In this document: positions 40,182-54,550 of the stretch, piece by piece
How positions within the stretch are numbered: the stretch's first letter is position 1
Layout: the number at the start of each line of letters is the position of its first letter
From: Octopus vulgaris
Lineage: Eukaryota
Direction of reading: 5' to 3'
DNA: 64,000 nt
Assembly (NCBI GenBank): GCA_951406725.2
Contig: OX597814.1
Span: 155,248,001-155,312,000, forward strand
The notes under the pieces: model-generated
Databases searched by the model: none
What the model saw: only the letters and a program-made list of their open reading frames with translations
What the model was told of the DNA's origin: nothing
Program-made: the position numbers and the translations under genes

Positions 40182-40223
<42 letters not shown>

Positions 40224-41618
40224 CATGTATATGTGTGCGTGCGTGTGTGTTTGTCCACCACCACCACCACCGCTTGAAAAGCGGTGTTCGTGTGTTTACC
40301 TCCCAGTACCATAACGGTTCGGCAAGAGAGACCAATAGAATAAATACTAGGCTTCAAAAAAAAAGAAAGAAAGAAAGAAAGAAAGTAAGAAAAACTCTGG
40401 TGTCGATTTGTTCAACTTAAAAACCCTTCAAGGCGGTATTCCAGCATGGCCACAGTCAATGACTGAAACAAGTAAAAGATAAACTATAAAATATATAAAT
40501 TCCGCGAAACGAGATTATTGGCGAAACTATTAATACGTTTGGGCGTCTACTTGCCCGAACTTTGCTTTTCCATGCTGTTACCCTCAGAAAGATGAGTTGA
40601 GCGTCTGCGAGCGTGTGTGTGTGCATACACTCAACATATTTCAAATAATATAAGTCGCTATATGTAGAGTTTTTCCTGTTTCTAACACTCTCTATACATA
40701 TATGCATGTATCTGTCTTTCTGTATGTATGTATGCATGAATGTAAGTATGTATGCATGAATGTAAGTATGTTTATGTGTGTGTATGTGATGTCTAACAGT
40801 TGTGTGGTGTATTGATGTTTATGCATATACAATGCGGAAAATGTGACGTGAATATTACAGAAATAATGTTTCTAAACTACATGTAGGACTTACAATCTTA
40901 TTGAAAATACATTAATCTTTATCATATTCTTCCATTTCTTAGTGCCACAAATTTCACTCCAATAATTGATATTTGGTCAGTAAATTTGACTAGTCGTCCA
41001 CCGCAGGCCACTATTCCTTAGGAACTGAGAAAAAATTAGCTAAAGATTATTTATTTATAAACAATATATGCAATTAGAATCAGATTTACTGCAGGTAACT
41101 TAATTATTAATGAAGCAGGATGAATGAAAGTCGAGAGAAATGATAGAAAGAACAAGTATCTTTATGTTTCTTTAATTTTTTACTTTTTTCAACCATTAGA
41201 CTGTAGCCATGCTGAGGCACTGCCTTAAAGAGGTTTAGTACTTGTATTTTCATATTCTATCAGGTCCCTTTTGATGAAATGCTAAGTTACTCGAACATAA
41301 TCAAACCGACGCCGTTTGTAAAGCGGTCGTGAAGGACAAACACAGACACAAAGATACACACACATGCACACATACATATATAAACGATGTGCTTCTTTCA
41401 GTTTCAGTTTACCAAATCCACTCACAAGGTTTTTTCGCAGTGACACTAAACCTGGAGTCATGTGGCTGGGAAGTAAACATCTTACCACACAACCACGCCT
41501 GCGCTTGAAAAGCTAGTCTCGATGGAATTTGAACTCGGAATGTAAAGATCAGCAACGATTAGCAAGAATGTTGGTATAATTGAGATGAAATCCATGAAAG
41601 TGAACGCTTCAATTTAGC

Positions 41619-41723
<105 letters not shown>

Positions 41724-42623
41724 TACGGAGATGTGCTTGCATAGCAAGTGATTTGATCTGAGATCGTGTGCTGGAACGAAAACAATTGCAGCGTGGAAGG
41801 TGTTTGTAAGCCATTTAAGAAACACACAAAAGCCGTTCGATTCACTTCAACATTTGAGTTTAATTTGTCAAAATATTTTCGTCGCTGTATGTGTGTGCTT
41901 GTAAGTATGTGTGTGCATGTATGTATGTGTGTGTGCGTTTGTATGTATTTATGTGTGTACGTTGTATGTATGTATTCTGCATATTCATGTTTGTGTGTTT
42001 GTGTTTTTTATATATGTGTGTGTGTGTGTGTGTGTGTTTAGCACCCCTGTATACTCGAACTCTATCTTTCTGATCATATCCAGAGAAACTGCTTGCAATG
42101 CATGAAGTTCTGTACATGTTTCTCCATTGCATAGGGTTTGCATTGTGGGGACACGTTGTTCAATATCTTAACTAAGTTTCCTATCAGTATGATAATTTTC
42201 ATGTCGTGGGACAAGGGTGAGTTCTTGTGAATAATATATTTCTAAGCTATAGGTTCCATGCAATAATACTGAAGGAGCTGCACTCTCTTGTTCACAGTCT
42301 TGTTCACTGTTCAAAGATCAGTATCAGTGCACATGTATGTAGGCATGTGGATATGAAAGTAAACAGATAGACATACAAACGGATAAGTACATAGGTTATA
42401 TGAACAGACAAGCATACATACACACATACACACATAAATACATACAAACGCACACACACATACATACATGCACACACATACTTACATGCATACATACATA
42501 CATACATACATACATGTGTATGCGCACACACTGACCCACACACATGTGCACAAACAAACAAAAAGAACGCAGTTTGGATAACGGACAGAGTCAACAACTA
42601 TTGAAAAGGTTGCAAGACACAAC

Positions 42624-42707
<84 letters not shown>

Positions 42708-43079
42708 TACACACACAGACACACACACACACACACATATATATACATAATATAAAATGGGGCAAGAACGCAAAACATCCGGACAACTAGGTGATACAAA
42801 AAGGGACAACAAAACATCCAGATATACAATACAAAAAAAAAAACAAGGACGGGTCATTCGAAGTTTTGTATCCTCAGTCAAGAACCGGATCATCCTCGGA
42901 ATTTCGGCTGATTAATCTTGAGATTGCTCCAATCTGGCCAGCCTCAAGGAAAATATAAGCTAAGAGCATTAGATTCCTTGGAAGAAATCATCGAATGTAT
43001 ACGAAAGGAAGGACGGAAAAACAGACGATGTTACACGAGTATAAATACAAAATACAACAATAACAACAACAGCAACAAC

Positions 43080-43166
<87 letters not shown>

Positions 43167-43167
<1 letters not shown>

Positions 43168-43722
43168 GCCCTGATGCAGTTCGAAGCAGTGGTTCTCATG
43201 GCTTCTGATCTTAACTGATTGGAAGTGTTATCATCGTACATTGTTTTGTCTTGGTATAAAAGATGGGCCACAGCAAATATTCTGCTCAATACCCCAGATT
43301 TGCTTGTCAGATGTTTGACCATAACCAGTTGACCATGTCCCTTAGTGGCTAACGATATGTGCATCTCTGATCACGAGAAGAAGTAGTGGGGGAGCATCAT
43401 AGCCATGTGTTGAGAGGGATTATTTGGGATTTGAATAATTCACATTTGGAAACATGGGTGGCTCGTTCAACATCCTTAAACAATCCTTATTCAGGGACCT
43501 TTTGAGCGAGATGGGTTACTCGACCAGAAGAAAATTCTAACTGGGCCCCACCTGCAATGTCATATGCTGTTTACGTTGATATGAGATCACCATGTCGTGC
43601 ACATATGGTTGTGATGCATGTGCCTAGTGTACCCTTATCAGGCGGGTAGTCATGATGGCTATACTGGGCTTCGTATATTTTACCCCTGTGTCACTTTGAT
43701 GGCATGCACTGCTCTCTCACTC
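43167..43722 (+). mobile_element. ~550-bp non-coding interspersed element in (AAT)n
   Basis: Begins TGCCCTGATGCAGT, ends CTCTCTCACTC; aligns end to end with 62068-62622 and 62658-63212. Confidence 0.8.
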
Positions 43723-43735
43723 AACAACAACAGCG

Positions 43736-43826
<91 letters not shown>

Positions 43827-43955
43827 TTATAATAATAATGATAATAACAGGACATAACAACAGGTGTCTTTCGACTGGGGACGAATTGAATTCAGCCGGT
43901 GTGTGTGGAAATGAAGCGTTACGGCAGAGATACAAAACTTTCACAAAGACAGGAA

Positions 43956-44016
<61 letters not shown>

Positions 44017-44133
44017 GTGTGTATGTATGTATATATATGTGAGTGTGTGTATACCTACCAGTATATATTTGTGCGCGCATACACACACACTGACACACAC
44101 ATGTATATGTAAATATAAACTTGTATGCGTTTG

Positions 44134-44182
<49 letters not shown>

Positions 44183-44183
44183 A

Positions 44184-44222
<39 letters not shown>

Positions 44223-44323
44223 ATATATATATATATATATATATATTTCATAGAAAAGATGAAGCATGTCTGACAAATCCGGACCGCATTGAACCTATTT
44301 TGTGCGAGAATTTTGGCCCAACT

Positions 44324-44381
<58 letters not shown>

Positions 44382-47300
44382 CAAGTTGGGTCAAAATTCT
44401 CGCACAAAATAGGTTCAATACGGTCCGGATTTGTCAGACATGCTTCATCTTTTCTAAAATTGAATAAAACAAATAAAACAAATGAGTAATACGGGCGTAC
44501 TTATACATGGTGAACGAAATGAATACTAACAATAGCATGATATAAATAAAATGTAAACTGTTTTAGTGCGTAACTTTTAGCCGACGCTGTATATGTATGT
44601 GTGTGTTTGTGTGTTTGTGTGTGTGTGCACACATTCATCCATCCATCCATCCATCCATCCATTCATCCATCCATGCATGCTTACATACATATTTATAGCG
44701 GAATGTATGCAGTGAAAGAGTGAAACGGTAAACAACAAAGAATCATAAGTGAAGTTCATAGTTAAGTTTTCAACAGCTTCGTTGTCAACATCTACAAAAG
44801 TGGGATTTGCTACACTATATCGTTTGGTCTTTTATCTCCTCCGCTGAAGCTCTCTCGGCTTATTCGTATCTTGTCCTTTCGGCAATCATATTGTTTATCC
44901 CAGGCTTCGTACTACCTTTCTTTCCAAGGATTTTTCTTCCCGTGCTTCGGTTTTTAGGGATTTCTTCACTGTCTATGTTCTTTTTGCAACCAGCAATTTG
45001 CAATTGCTTACGAAAAACACAAAATATATTAAAGTAATGAGCGTACCCACCCTCAAGGCAAAACGAATGATAAGCATCTTTAAAAACACTGTTTGAAAAC
45101 ATATTGATAACCAGATAATGCCATTAATTTATTAGTGGTATTTGAACCCAGATTGTAAAAGAATATAGAGGAAAATATTTTTCCCCGGAATACTAATTAT
45201 TCTGACAATTTGCTGGCTTTTCAAAAATTGGTTCTAATATAGGCACTAGTATTGAAAGTTGGTGGGTGGGATTAGATGTTTACATCAATACCGTACTTAA
45301 CTAGTATTTTATTTCATCGACCCCAGAAGGAGGAAAAGCAAAGCTGACTTCGTTTTACAAATTCTACCATTTCACCAATCTTAAGATAACTCTGTTTATT
45401 TTAGCAGAAGGCCAGAAAGTTTGAGGAAAGGGTACAAGTTGCTCACCAGCACTTGGCTGGTACTTATTTTATCAATCCCGAAAGGATGAACGGCCAACTT
45501 GACTTCTGAGGGAAGTTGACTCAAAATATTAAGAGCCGGAAGAAATGCTGCTGAGCATTTTGTCCGTCGTGCTAAAGATTCTATCAGCTCACCACCTAAT
45601 GAGAATAATAAAAATAACAGTAGTAACATGATTTAGCACCTTTTCTTGTAGTTCAGCTTTGGGACGTTTCGTGTTTTACTAAACAATTCCGCTTTTTATA
45701 CTTCCGCTTCAGTTTTATAAACATATACAATAACTACAAGTAGACAAGATGCTAACTTTAGAGTAAAATAATTTTGAGTAAATTAAGTCAGATATCACTA
45801 AAAGTTATACGACATCACTGGAGATTTTAGAGTAAGACATGCACAATGTGAAGGCTTCCAAGCGAAGAAGTTGTCAACTATATAACGCTGGTCCACTTTG
45901 TTGAACGCTTCATGATTAAAAAATGACACAGCCGTACAAATGGCCTAGATATCACAGATTATTAAAAACACTCGCGCAGAAAGAAAATTATGGTTGGGAT
46001 CTCATTGAAAAGTAATCACCCAAGAGATGTGGGTAAAGTCTGATTTAAGTGTTAAAAAAACTAAAAAATAAAAGCAATAAATGAACATATAAGGAATTAC
46101 AAATGTGAATAATATTTGAAAGGATATTTTTTGCGGAAGGTTGCGCCTAGAACTCGGTAAACTTTTGGTCTATCCTATTCGTGGCGTAGCTATCACATGG
46201 ATTGATCCAGGAAAACTAAAGACAAATTCTTAAAAGATTGTAGGGTAATGTACTAGATCGTTGTCCTTTTATCGAGGAAAGTTTGGCTGCTATTTCTAAC
46301 AGGCTGAGCGACAATAGGAATAATGCTACTATTGTAGATGGGAGTAATGTGAAAGGGAATAAGAAGTAAAAGTGGAAAAAACAACAATTTTGGGAGTCAA
46401 ACACACGAAAAAATAATCAAATAAATTTAGTGAAATATAAACCAAATTTCTTTCAATTTCCTCACCGGCCCCCCAAAATAAGGCACGTTGAATAATGTGT
46501 TCCTAAAAACGATACGATGGTCCAAGGGGGAATACTTTTAGGCATAAACATACTCGATGAAGAAAAACGACATCATAAAATCAACAATAGCGACAAGAAT
46601 GCATAAAATTAACAGGAAATATAACTCACTTCAGTTTCTAGTTCTGCCTTTTGTTTTCTTTTTCTCCTTTAGTTGTATTTTGTTTTGTTTCTTGCCAAAG
46701 AATATTTCCCCCCCTCTCTATGGATTACCTTCTTAGAATGTCCCAACTAAAATTAAGTTGGAGTTTTGTTCTGCTTCTCATAGGAATCTGTCGTCTGCCG
46801 CGCTTAAGTTTCTATCGTCTGCTTCTGGTGCGCTTTTGTCGTCTGCTAAGCAGTATTCGACAACTCCCATCAGCAGCTGATACCGAAGAAGTTATTGGAT
46901 GTTTTCTATCCATTATTTATGTGTATGTATGATTGACTTGTATGTGTGGGAGTGTGTGCGCGTGCGTGTGTCTGGTTACGTTAAGCTCTAGGTGTTATTG
47001 TCTATTTCACATATGTTTATATATGTGTATATAAAAAAAAACTACGTGTTATTATATTTTAACAATGCTTCGAGTTCGTGTTGGTGTTGACTTGTTGGGT
47101 TGTATTGATGCAAGTAAGAACCAATATTTCAATATATATAGCTGTCGGTGTAGCTGTACAATCTTCTCTTTCACTTTCTCTCCTCTTCTCTGTATATGCG
47201 CGTGTGGTTGTATCTTGTAACTAAGTATATATGAGCAGAACTATTCTGCTTGTGAATGTGTAATTGCGTCTCTCAGTCTATGAATATATATGAATGAGAC

Positions 47301-48149
47301 GGTGTGTTTGTGAGTTGTATATTTTATTGTGGGATTGTTTGTACGACAGACATACTTTCGACATCCCTCCTTTTTCTCTCAGACTTTCACCATCCACCTT
47401 ATAATAATATTTAATTTATCAATATCTCTCTCACATTGATTTTTATGGGCTTGTTCATGTATGTGAATTCTGACATGCATTATAAATATGTATGTGTGTG
47501 TGTTTGCATGTGTGTATGTATGTGTGTCTGTGTGCTCGCAAATACACATGCACATAGCAATAATAGTTGGACGGAAACAGAGAGAAGGATAGATAGAGAG
47601 AGAGAGAGAGAGAGAGAATGGGGAGAGAGGGAGAGAGGCAGAAAGGGTAAGAAGGAGAGGGATAGAAGTGAAAGCGAGAAGTAATGGAAGAATGTGAAAG
47701 CCATAGTAAATATAAAACGATAAAGTGTGAGGGTTAGAGGAGAAAATGTTGAAGGAGGACAAAGAAAGGAGGAGGAGAAAAAGCAATGAAATAAAAGACG
47801 AAATACAGGCAAGTTATATAGAGAAGATAAGGAGAGAAGGTTGCTGAAAGTGAAAGAAAGTGAAAAGAAATAGACGGGAAGAAATTTCAGAAGGGAATGA
47901 ATGAGAAATAAGAGAAGGTGAAAAGAAAATACAAAAAAAATATTTATAAGATAGAAAAAGCAGCAAAGTTAGAGGAAATATAAAAAAGCAGAAGTGACAA
48001 AGCAACGAATGGCTAGATATAGAATATACACATACAGACACACACACACGCACACACAAATAGGCACATGTACAACACATAGGCACATGTACAACACATA
48101 CGCACAAGCACGTGTATGTGTATAATATTAATACGTATTCTGTCACATA

Positions 48150-48555
<406 letters not shown>

Positions 48556-49478
48556 ATAGAAAAAGAAGTTTCTAAATAAGAAGGAGGAAAGGCAATTACT
48601 TGTGAATAGAAAAATATCTTCATTCACTGCAGTAACAACAACAACAACAACAACAACATCCATCGACAACAATCTGACATGATAAAAGAAACACAAAGAA
48701 GGTGAATTAGAAATGCAATAAAATGGAAGAACAAAGAAGAAAGAATGGAAAAGAAAGTGAACGAACAGAAAGTTCGAAAGAAAGATTAAACAATGCTACT
48801 GATATCCCAAGATTACAACATTAATTATTGCGCAGTCACAAGGAATGTTTTCTACTTTTACAACTACGCATTATGTGTGCTTCTCATCGTATTTCCTTGG
48901 GTGAATACAAATATGTTTGCTTATTGTCTTTGTTTAGGTTATTATTCATTTCTACTAAAGGCACAAGAGCTGAAATTTTGGAGGATTACATCGATGATGT
49001 CGACCCTATTGCTCAACAGCCACTTATTTTATCGACCCCAAATCCAGCAAAAGATGTTTATCCAATACATTTTGGGTAACGTTTCGTTTGTTTGATTGTC
49101 AAAGGAAACAGCAGTGAGCATCAAGGGCATATTTGTTGAACTGGTTGATTCCCGGGATGTTAAACAGGGACCAATCCTTACCTTGCAGTTTCTAGAATTA
49201 TACATAGCGAAATCATATATTTTGTGTGTTGAGATCGTGTCTAAATTTACCCGAGAAGTTTGTGAAATCAATTGTCATGATATTGAATCCATATCAGCAA
49301 TTCTAATTGAAAGCAAAATTCATTATTGAACCATGATGTTTAGGTCACTTTGCAGGATGGCACAAAAATGTATGAACATTTTTTAAAACATTCGGATAGC
49401 TTATCAAAATGGATTTTTTCCGACTGATTTCTTATATTACCAATTCCTCAATGGAATGTAATTTTCAAAGAGATCAAA

Positions 49479-49557
<79 letters not shown>

Positions 49558-49589
49558 TATTTTAATTGTATATGGTAAATACTTTTCAG

Positions 49590-50010
49590 TTTTTTTATTT
49601 CTTTATTGCCCACAAGGGGCTAAACATAGAGGGAACAAGCAAGGACAGACAAAGGGATTAAGTCGATTGCATTGACCCCAGTATGTAACTGGTACTTAAC
49701 TAATCGACTCCGAAATGATGAGAGGTAAAGTCGACCTCGGCATAATTTGAACTTAGAACGTAAAGACAGACGAAATATCTATTTCATTACTATCCACAAG
49801 GGGCTAAACACAGAGAGGACAAACAAGGACAAACAAATGGATTAAGTCGATTACATCGACCCCAGTGCGTAACTGGTACTTATTTAATCGACCCCGAAAG
49901 GATGAAAGGCAAAGTCGACCTCGGCGGAATTTGAACTCAGAACGTAGCGGCAAACGAAATACGGCTAAGCATGTCGCCTAGTGTGCTAAAGATTTTGCCA
50001 GCTCGCCGCC
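49590..50010 (-). mobile_element. Two tandem SINE family A copies
   Basis: Reverse complement of 4076-4310. Confidence 0.85.
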
Positions 50011-51694
50011 TTTAAATAATTTTCAGTTTCGTTAGATTCAATACATTGTTCATATAGAGTTGATTAATGGAAAAACGAACAAGTATTTAAAAAATGTATA
50101 TTTTTTTATTGTAAGATGTTGAAAATATGTAAATTTATTTGCCTTCATCATTATATAAATTGCCATATTCAATTGTACAGACATTTAAATATGGAATTGT
50201 ATGATTAAATTAAATATTTATATAAACTAGCGCGACTCGTGAATATTTCACGGAATTAATGGTAAACCTATTGGGTTGCTTCTGAAAACTTTATTAAAAA
50301 AACCTGAAACCTGTGTGTCACTCATCTGTTATTCATTGAAAAGTGAAAGAAATTGGAATACGATGATTACTTAATGAACTTTATATATACTCTTTATATA
50401 ATTTATGCACAATTTTAATAAACTTATTGCACAGCACTCATAAAATAAATATTCACTCTTATTTATGCATTTTCCCCATAAAAATACCCCGTACATATAA
50501 TACAACCTTTACTTAAATTGCATATATCTGCTACGTAAATAGGCTTGAATATTTCACGGAATTGCAGTTATGTGCATGCGTTAAGTGATAGGTGATATTA
50601 AAAAAAATTATTTCAATTTAAAAAAATATATATACTTTTCACTATCCACCACCTCCATCTCCATCACTACTGCAACCACTGTCACTACCACTATCATCAT
50701 CTCTCTCTCCTTTTTATCTCCCCTCTCTTTCCATCCTTTCTCTCCCCACTTTCTCTCCCCCCCTCTCTCTCCCATCTCTCTCTGTGTGCCTCTCTTTAAC
50801 CTCACCATCAGAACATCACCCCATCTGCTAAAATTATATTTTAAACTCTCCTCCTCTATTGTCAACTAACTTTTTAAACTACATAATAAATATAATGTTC
50901 CCCCTACCTCACGTCATGGACGCTTCTCTCTCCCTCTTTTCTTTCTTCCTCTTTCTGTCTCATTCTTCACCTTATCCTCTTTTTCTCTCTTTTCTTTCTC
51001 ACTCTTTTTCTCTAATCACGTGGAAGCTTTACCGAAGGCCTAAGTAACACAATGACAAGCGAAATTATTATAAGATATGCAGTTGCCTATTTAAAATGAT
51101 GGCTACTGCTCTTAAGTTATATTATATCATGTACCCAGGCCAATTCCCCATTTTTTTAGGAGGCAGTAACCACAGGAAGACACAAAGCAGACGTTCCATT
51201 CATTTTCCAGCTCAAAGGGGCGAGCCCCGTTCTATGTTCGGGTCAAGGCATAGAACGCAACTCTCAATATCAGCAGCGGGTCCCGACAGCATATCCTGGT
51301 TTCCCCTACTCTTAAGTATCTCCTAGGAAATACAAAAATAAGTAATATATTGTGTGGTTAGAAGCTTACCTCCCAACGCAATGCTCCGAGTTCAGTCTCT
51401 GTGCGTGGTAACTTGGTCGAATGTCTTCTACTTCAGCCTCGGACCGACCGAAGCCATGTGAGTGGATTTGGTAGACGGAAATAGAAAGAAGCCCCCGATA
51501 TATATATATACATGTATGTGTGTGTGTTTGTCATAAAGTACTAGGTTTTAAAAAAATGTTGTCCTGGAGTCGTTTGTTCGACAAAACTCTTCAAGGCAGT
51601 ATCCCAGCATGGCCGCAGTCAAATGACAGAAAGAAGTAAAAGATAAAAGATGAATCAACATTGAAAGGCATATTGAAGAATAAGTGAGTCAACA

Positions 51695-52090
51695 TACGAA
51701 GGTTGGCTGAAAAGTAGATTGGCTGACCAAGATATTATCATGCAATGTGACCAAATGAGGTTTATTTTTCAACGGAGTCTCCACTGCGGTCCTCATATTT
51801 CTTCTTCCGGGTTTTTTTTATCCTATTGGTGAAGAAGCTTTCATGCTCTTGGTCAAAATAGTCATGAAGAGCAGATATGACGTCACTATCACTGCGATAC
51901 TGTTTCCCAGCCAAGGGGAACAAATGATAGTCAGATGGGGCTTAATCGGAATAACAGGGTCAGAGATCAACCAGTTCAGTCACAGCAGCCATTGCAACCA
52001 AGAAATTGGGTGCTGGAGCATGAGCATTGTCTTGATGAAAAAAGACCCCTTTCGTCCGTTTTGCTGGCTGTTTAGTCTTGGTAGCCTTTA
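51695..52090 (-). mobile_element. Mariner-like remnant
   Basis: TIR-like TACGAAGGTTGGCTGAAAAGT after TA; minus-strand FFHQDNA motif near 52020-52045. Confidence 0.45.
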
Positions 52091-53154
52091 GCCTCAACAA
52101 TTTTACATAGTACTCCCCACTGACCAATACGAAAATAACATTTTCATATCAGTCATTCGCTTGAAAATGTTTATCACTTTAGTATTAACAGAGAAAGCTT
52201 CCACAGTGTGTAACCGCATGAGATTAGAATGTCTCTTCTCGTCACAGTTTGTATTTAAATAATTCAAACTATTGAAAAGGGAGTCCTACGATTGCTTTTG
52301 TTACCGGAAGCGTAGCATAAATTATCGGCAACTAAATTATACACAACTGGAACGACAAGATAAATATAATTTATTTTGACACAATTGAAGATGGATTTCA
52401 AGTAATTTCTTAGTAGTGTGTAGGATGAGTAACCGTCAATTCTGTCTAAAGTTTGGTATCTTCTTCAAAAGAATACACGTTGCGGAGAGTATTTAGATGT
52501 TGGTCTTTATACCTGTTACTTAGGCAGCACTTGACTTCCAGTTTAGTGGCACAATTAGACTATGCAGCAACGTTAGAATTTTCTCGGGTTTTGTAGTTTC
52601 TTTTAAATCACTTGAACAAATGTATTCAGAAATGTGGAATAAAATTTTTCACGTGATAGAAATCCTTCAAACTATGATTGCCTTGAATTCTTTATCTTTC
52701 CTTAACTAATTAAATCTCTTCAGTATACATCAATGATTGTACATGTAATGCATTATAGAAGAACAGTGTAATTTTCCCCCATATAGGACCTGAGCCATGT
52801 AGGGAACATCTGGTCTTTCATTCATAAGAAAGAAATAGTCTGTTGCTACTCATTGAACAGTTCAAGGAAGTTTCGTCCCTATTTCTTTAAACAATATCAA
52901 TATACTATTCCAAAAGACTTATTCAATACACTTATTTAGCGTTCAAAATTTCACTGTTAGCCTAAAATATTATGATAACCTGCACATCTACTTTTCATAA
53001 GACCGTGTTTCATATTCTTAGATTGTCCTCATTAAGTTAGTAAGCTTTAAGCACACGACCACATAAACGTTTGTCTTCTTTAGAAAATATAATTATACTC
53101 TGAAATTCAGGTTTTCAAACTGTTCAAGAAACATTTATTAATGGTATATAAACA

Positions 53155-53390
53155 GGCAGCGAGCTGGCAGAAACGTTAGCACGTCGGACGAATTGCGTAG
53201 CCGTATTTCGTCTGCCGTTACGTTCTGAGTTCAAATTCCGCCGCGGTCGACTTTTCCTTTCATCCTTTCGGGGTCGATTAATTAAGTACCAGTTACGCAC
53301 TGGGGTCGATGTAATCGACTTAATACCTATGTCTGTCCTTGTTTGTCCCCTCTGTGTTTAGCCCCTTGTGGGTAATAAAGAAATAGGTAT
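53155..53390 (+). mobile_element. SINE family A
   Basis: Aligns to 4076-4310. Confidence 0.85.
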
Positions 53391-53479
53391 TACTTAAGTA
53401 TTTTTATTTATTTTTGGCTTTCACTGTACACCCATCTTTGTGAATTTTTTTGCTACTGTACTGGAAATTCTCTACCCAT

Positions 53480-53940
53480 GGAGTGTTCAGTGCCTTGTAG
53501 CACTATTTTCTCTGTGTAATATACATTGCTTAAAGCTTGAGATTTTGGTTATACATTTGTCTGCAGCATTTTGTGATCAATCCCAGGCAGCTGTTACTTG
53601 TTACTATAGGAAATGCTTCTGCTTTTAGTCCCCAGAACTTGCTTACCGCTATTTCTAAGTTTTTATATGTCGATAGTTTCTTCTTCATTTTATTTTCCGA
53701 GATATATTATCATCCGATAAGAGTGATACACCAATCAGGAAACTCCATTTCCTGATGGTCCTTGAGAACGATATCCGGTCGATTTATCTTGATCTCTTTC
53801 TTCCAGAGTATAGTCACTTACTTTTGTTCTGTAAGATCATTATTCTGTTGTATGTTTATACTGATGTATGTTTATTCTGACGTATGTTTATATCACGTTT
53901 CTGTTGGCACTTCATGATGTTGCCATAATTTCTAGTGTAA
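53480..53940 (-). mobile_element. Degenerate R4-like RLE domain fragment
   Basis: Minus strand gives INRPDIVLKDH, FLIGVSL, KNLEIAVSKFWGLKAEAFPI with frameshifts. Confidence 0.6.
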
Positions 53941-54004
53941 GAATGCTATCATACCTACATAAGTGAAGTTTTAGCATCAGTAATAAGTGAAGTTTTAGCA
54001 TCAG

Positions 54005-54073
<69 letters not shown>

Positions 54074-54079
54074 TATATT

Positions 54080-54550
<471 letters not shown>

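Larger units (their letters stand above)
38641..40185 (+). mobile_element. 5'-truncated Penelope-like retroelement with GIY-YIG endonuclease C-terminus and inverted pseudo-LTR
   Basis: ORF to 39290: NAVYQCKVY...TYVGASSSRLSLRVSNH...LSKLIWRLKD...WSIL...CNLCVSE; ~190-bp inverted repeat 38641-38829 vs 39843-40032; hammerheads; flanked by (TA)n. Confidence 0.88.

Noticed and set aside
42770-43050. Possible hammerheads on the minus strand (GGCTG...CAGCC-GAAA; CTGAGGA)
   Set aside because: Core boxes and stems do not assemble into one fold; treated as a structured repeat.
50225-51080. Possible non-autonomous Helitron/Helentron
   Set aside because: Only weak terminal resemblance and a short internal repeat; not enough support.
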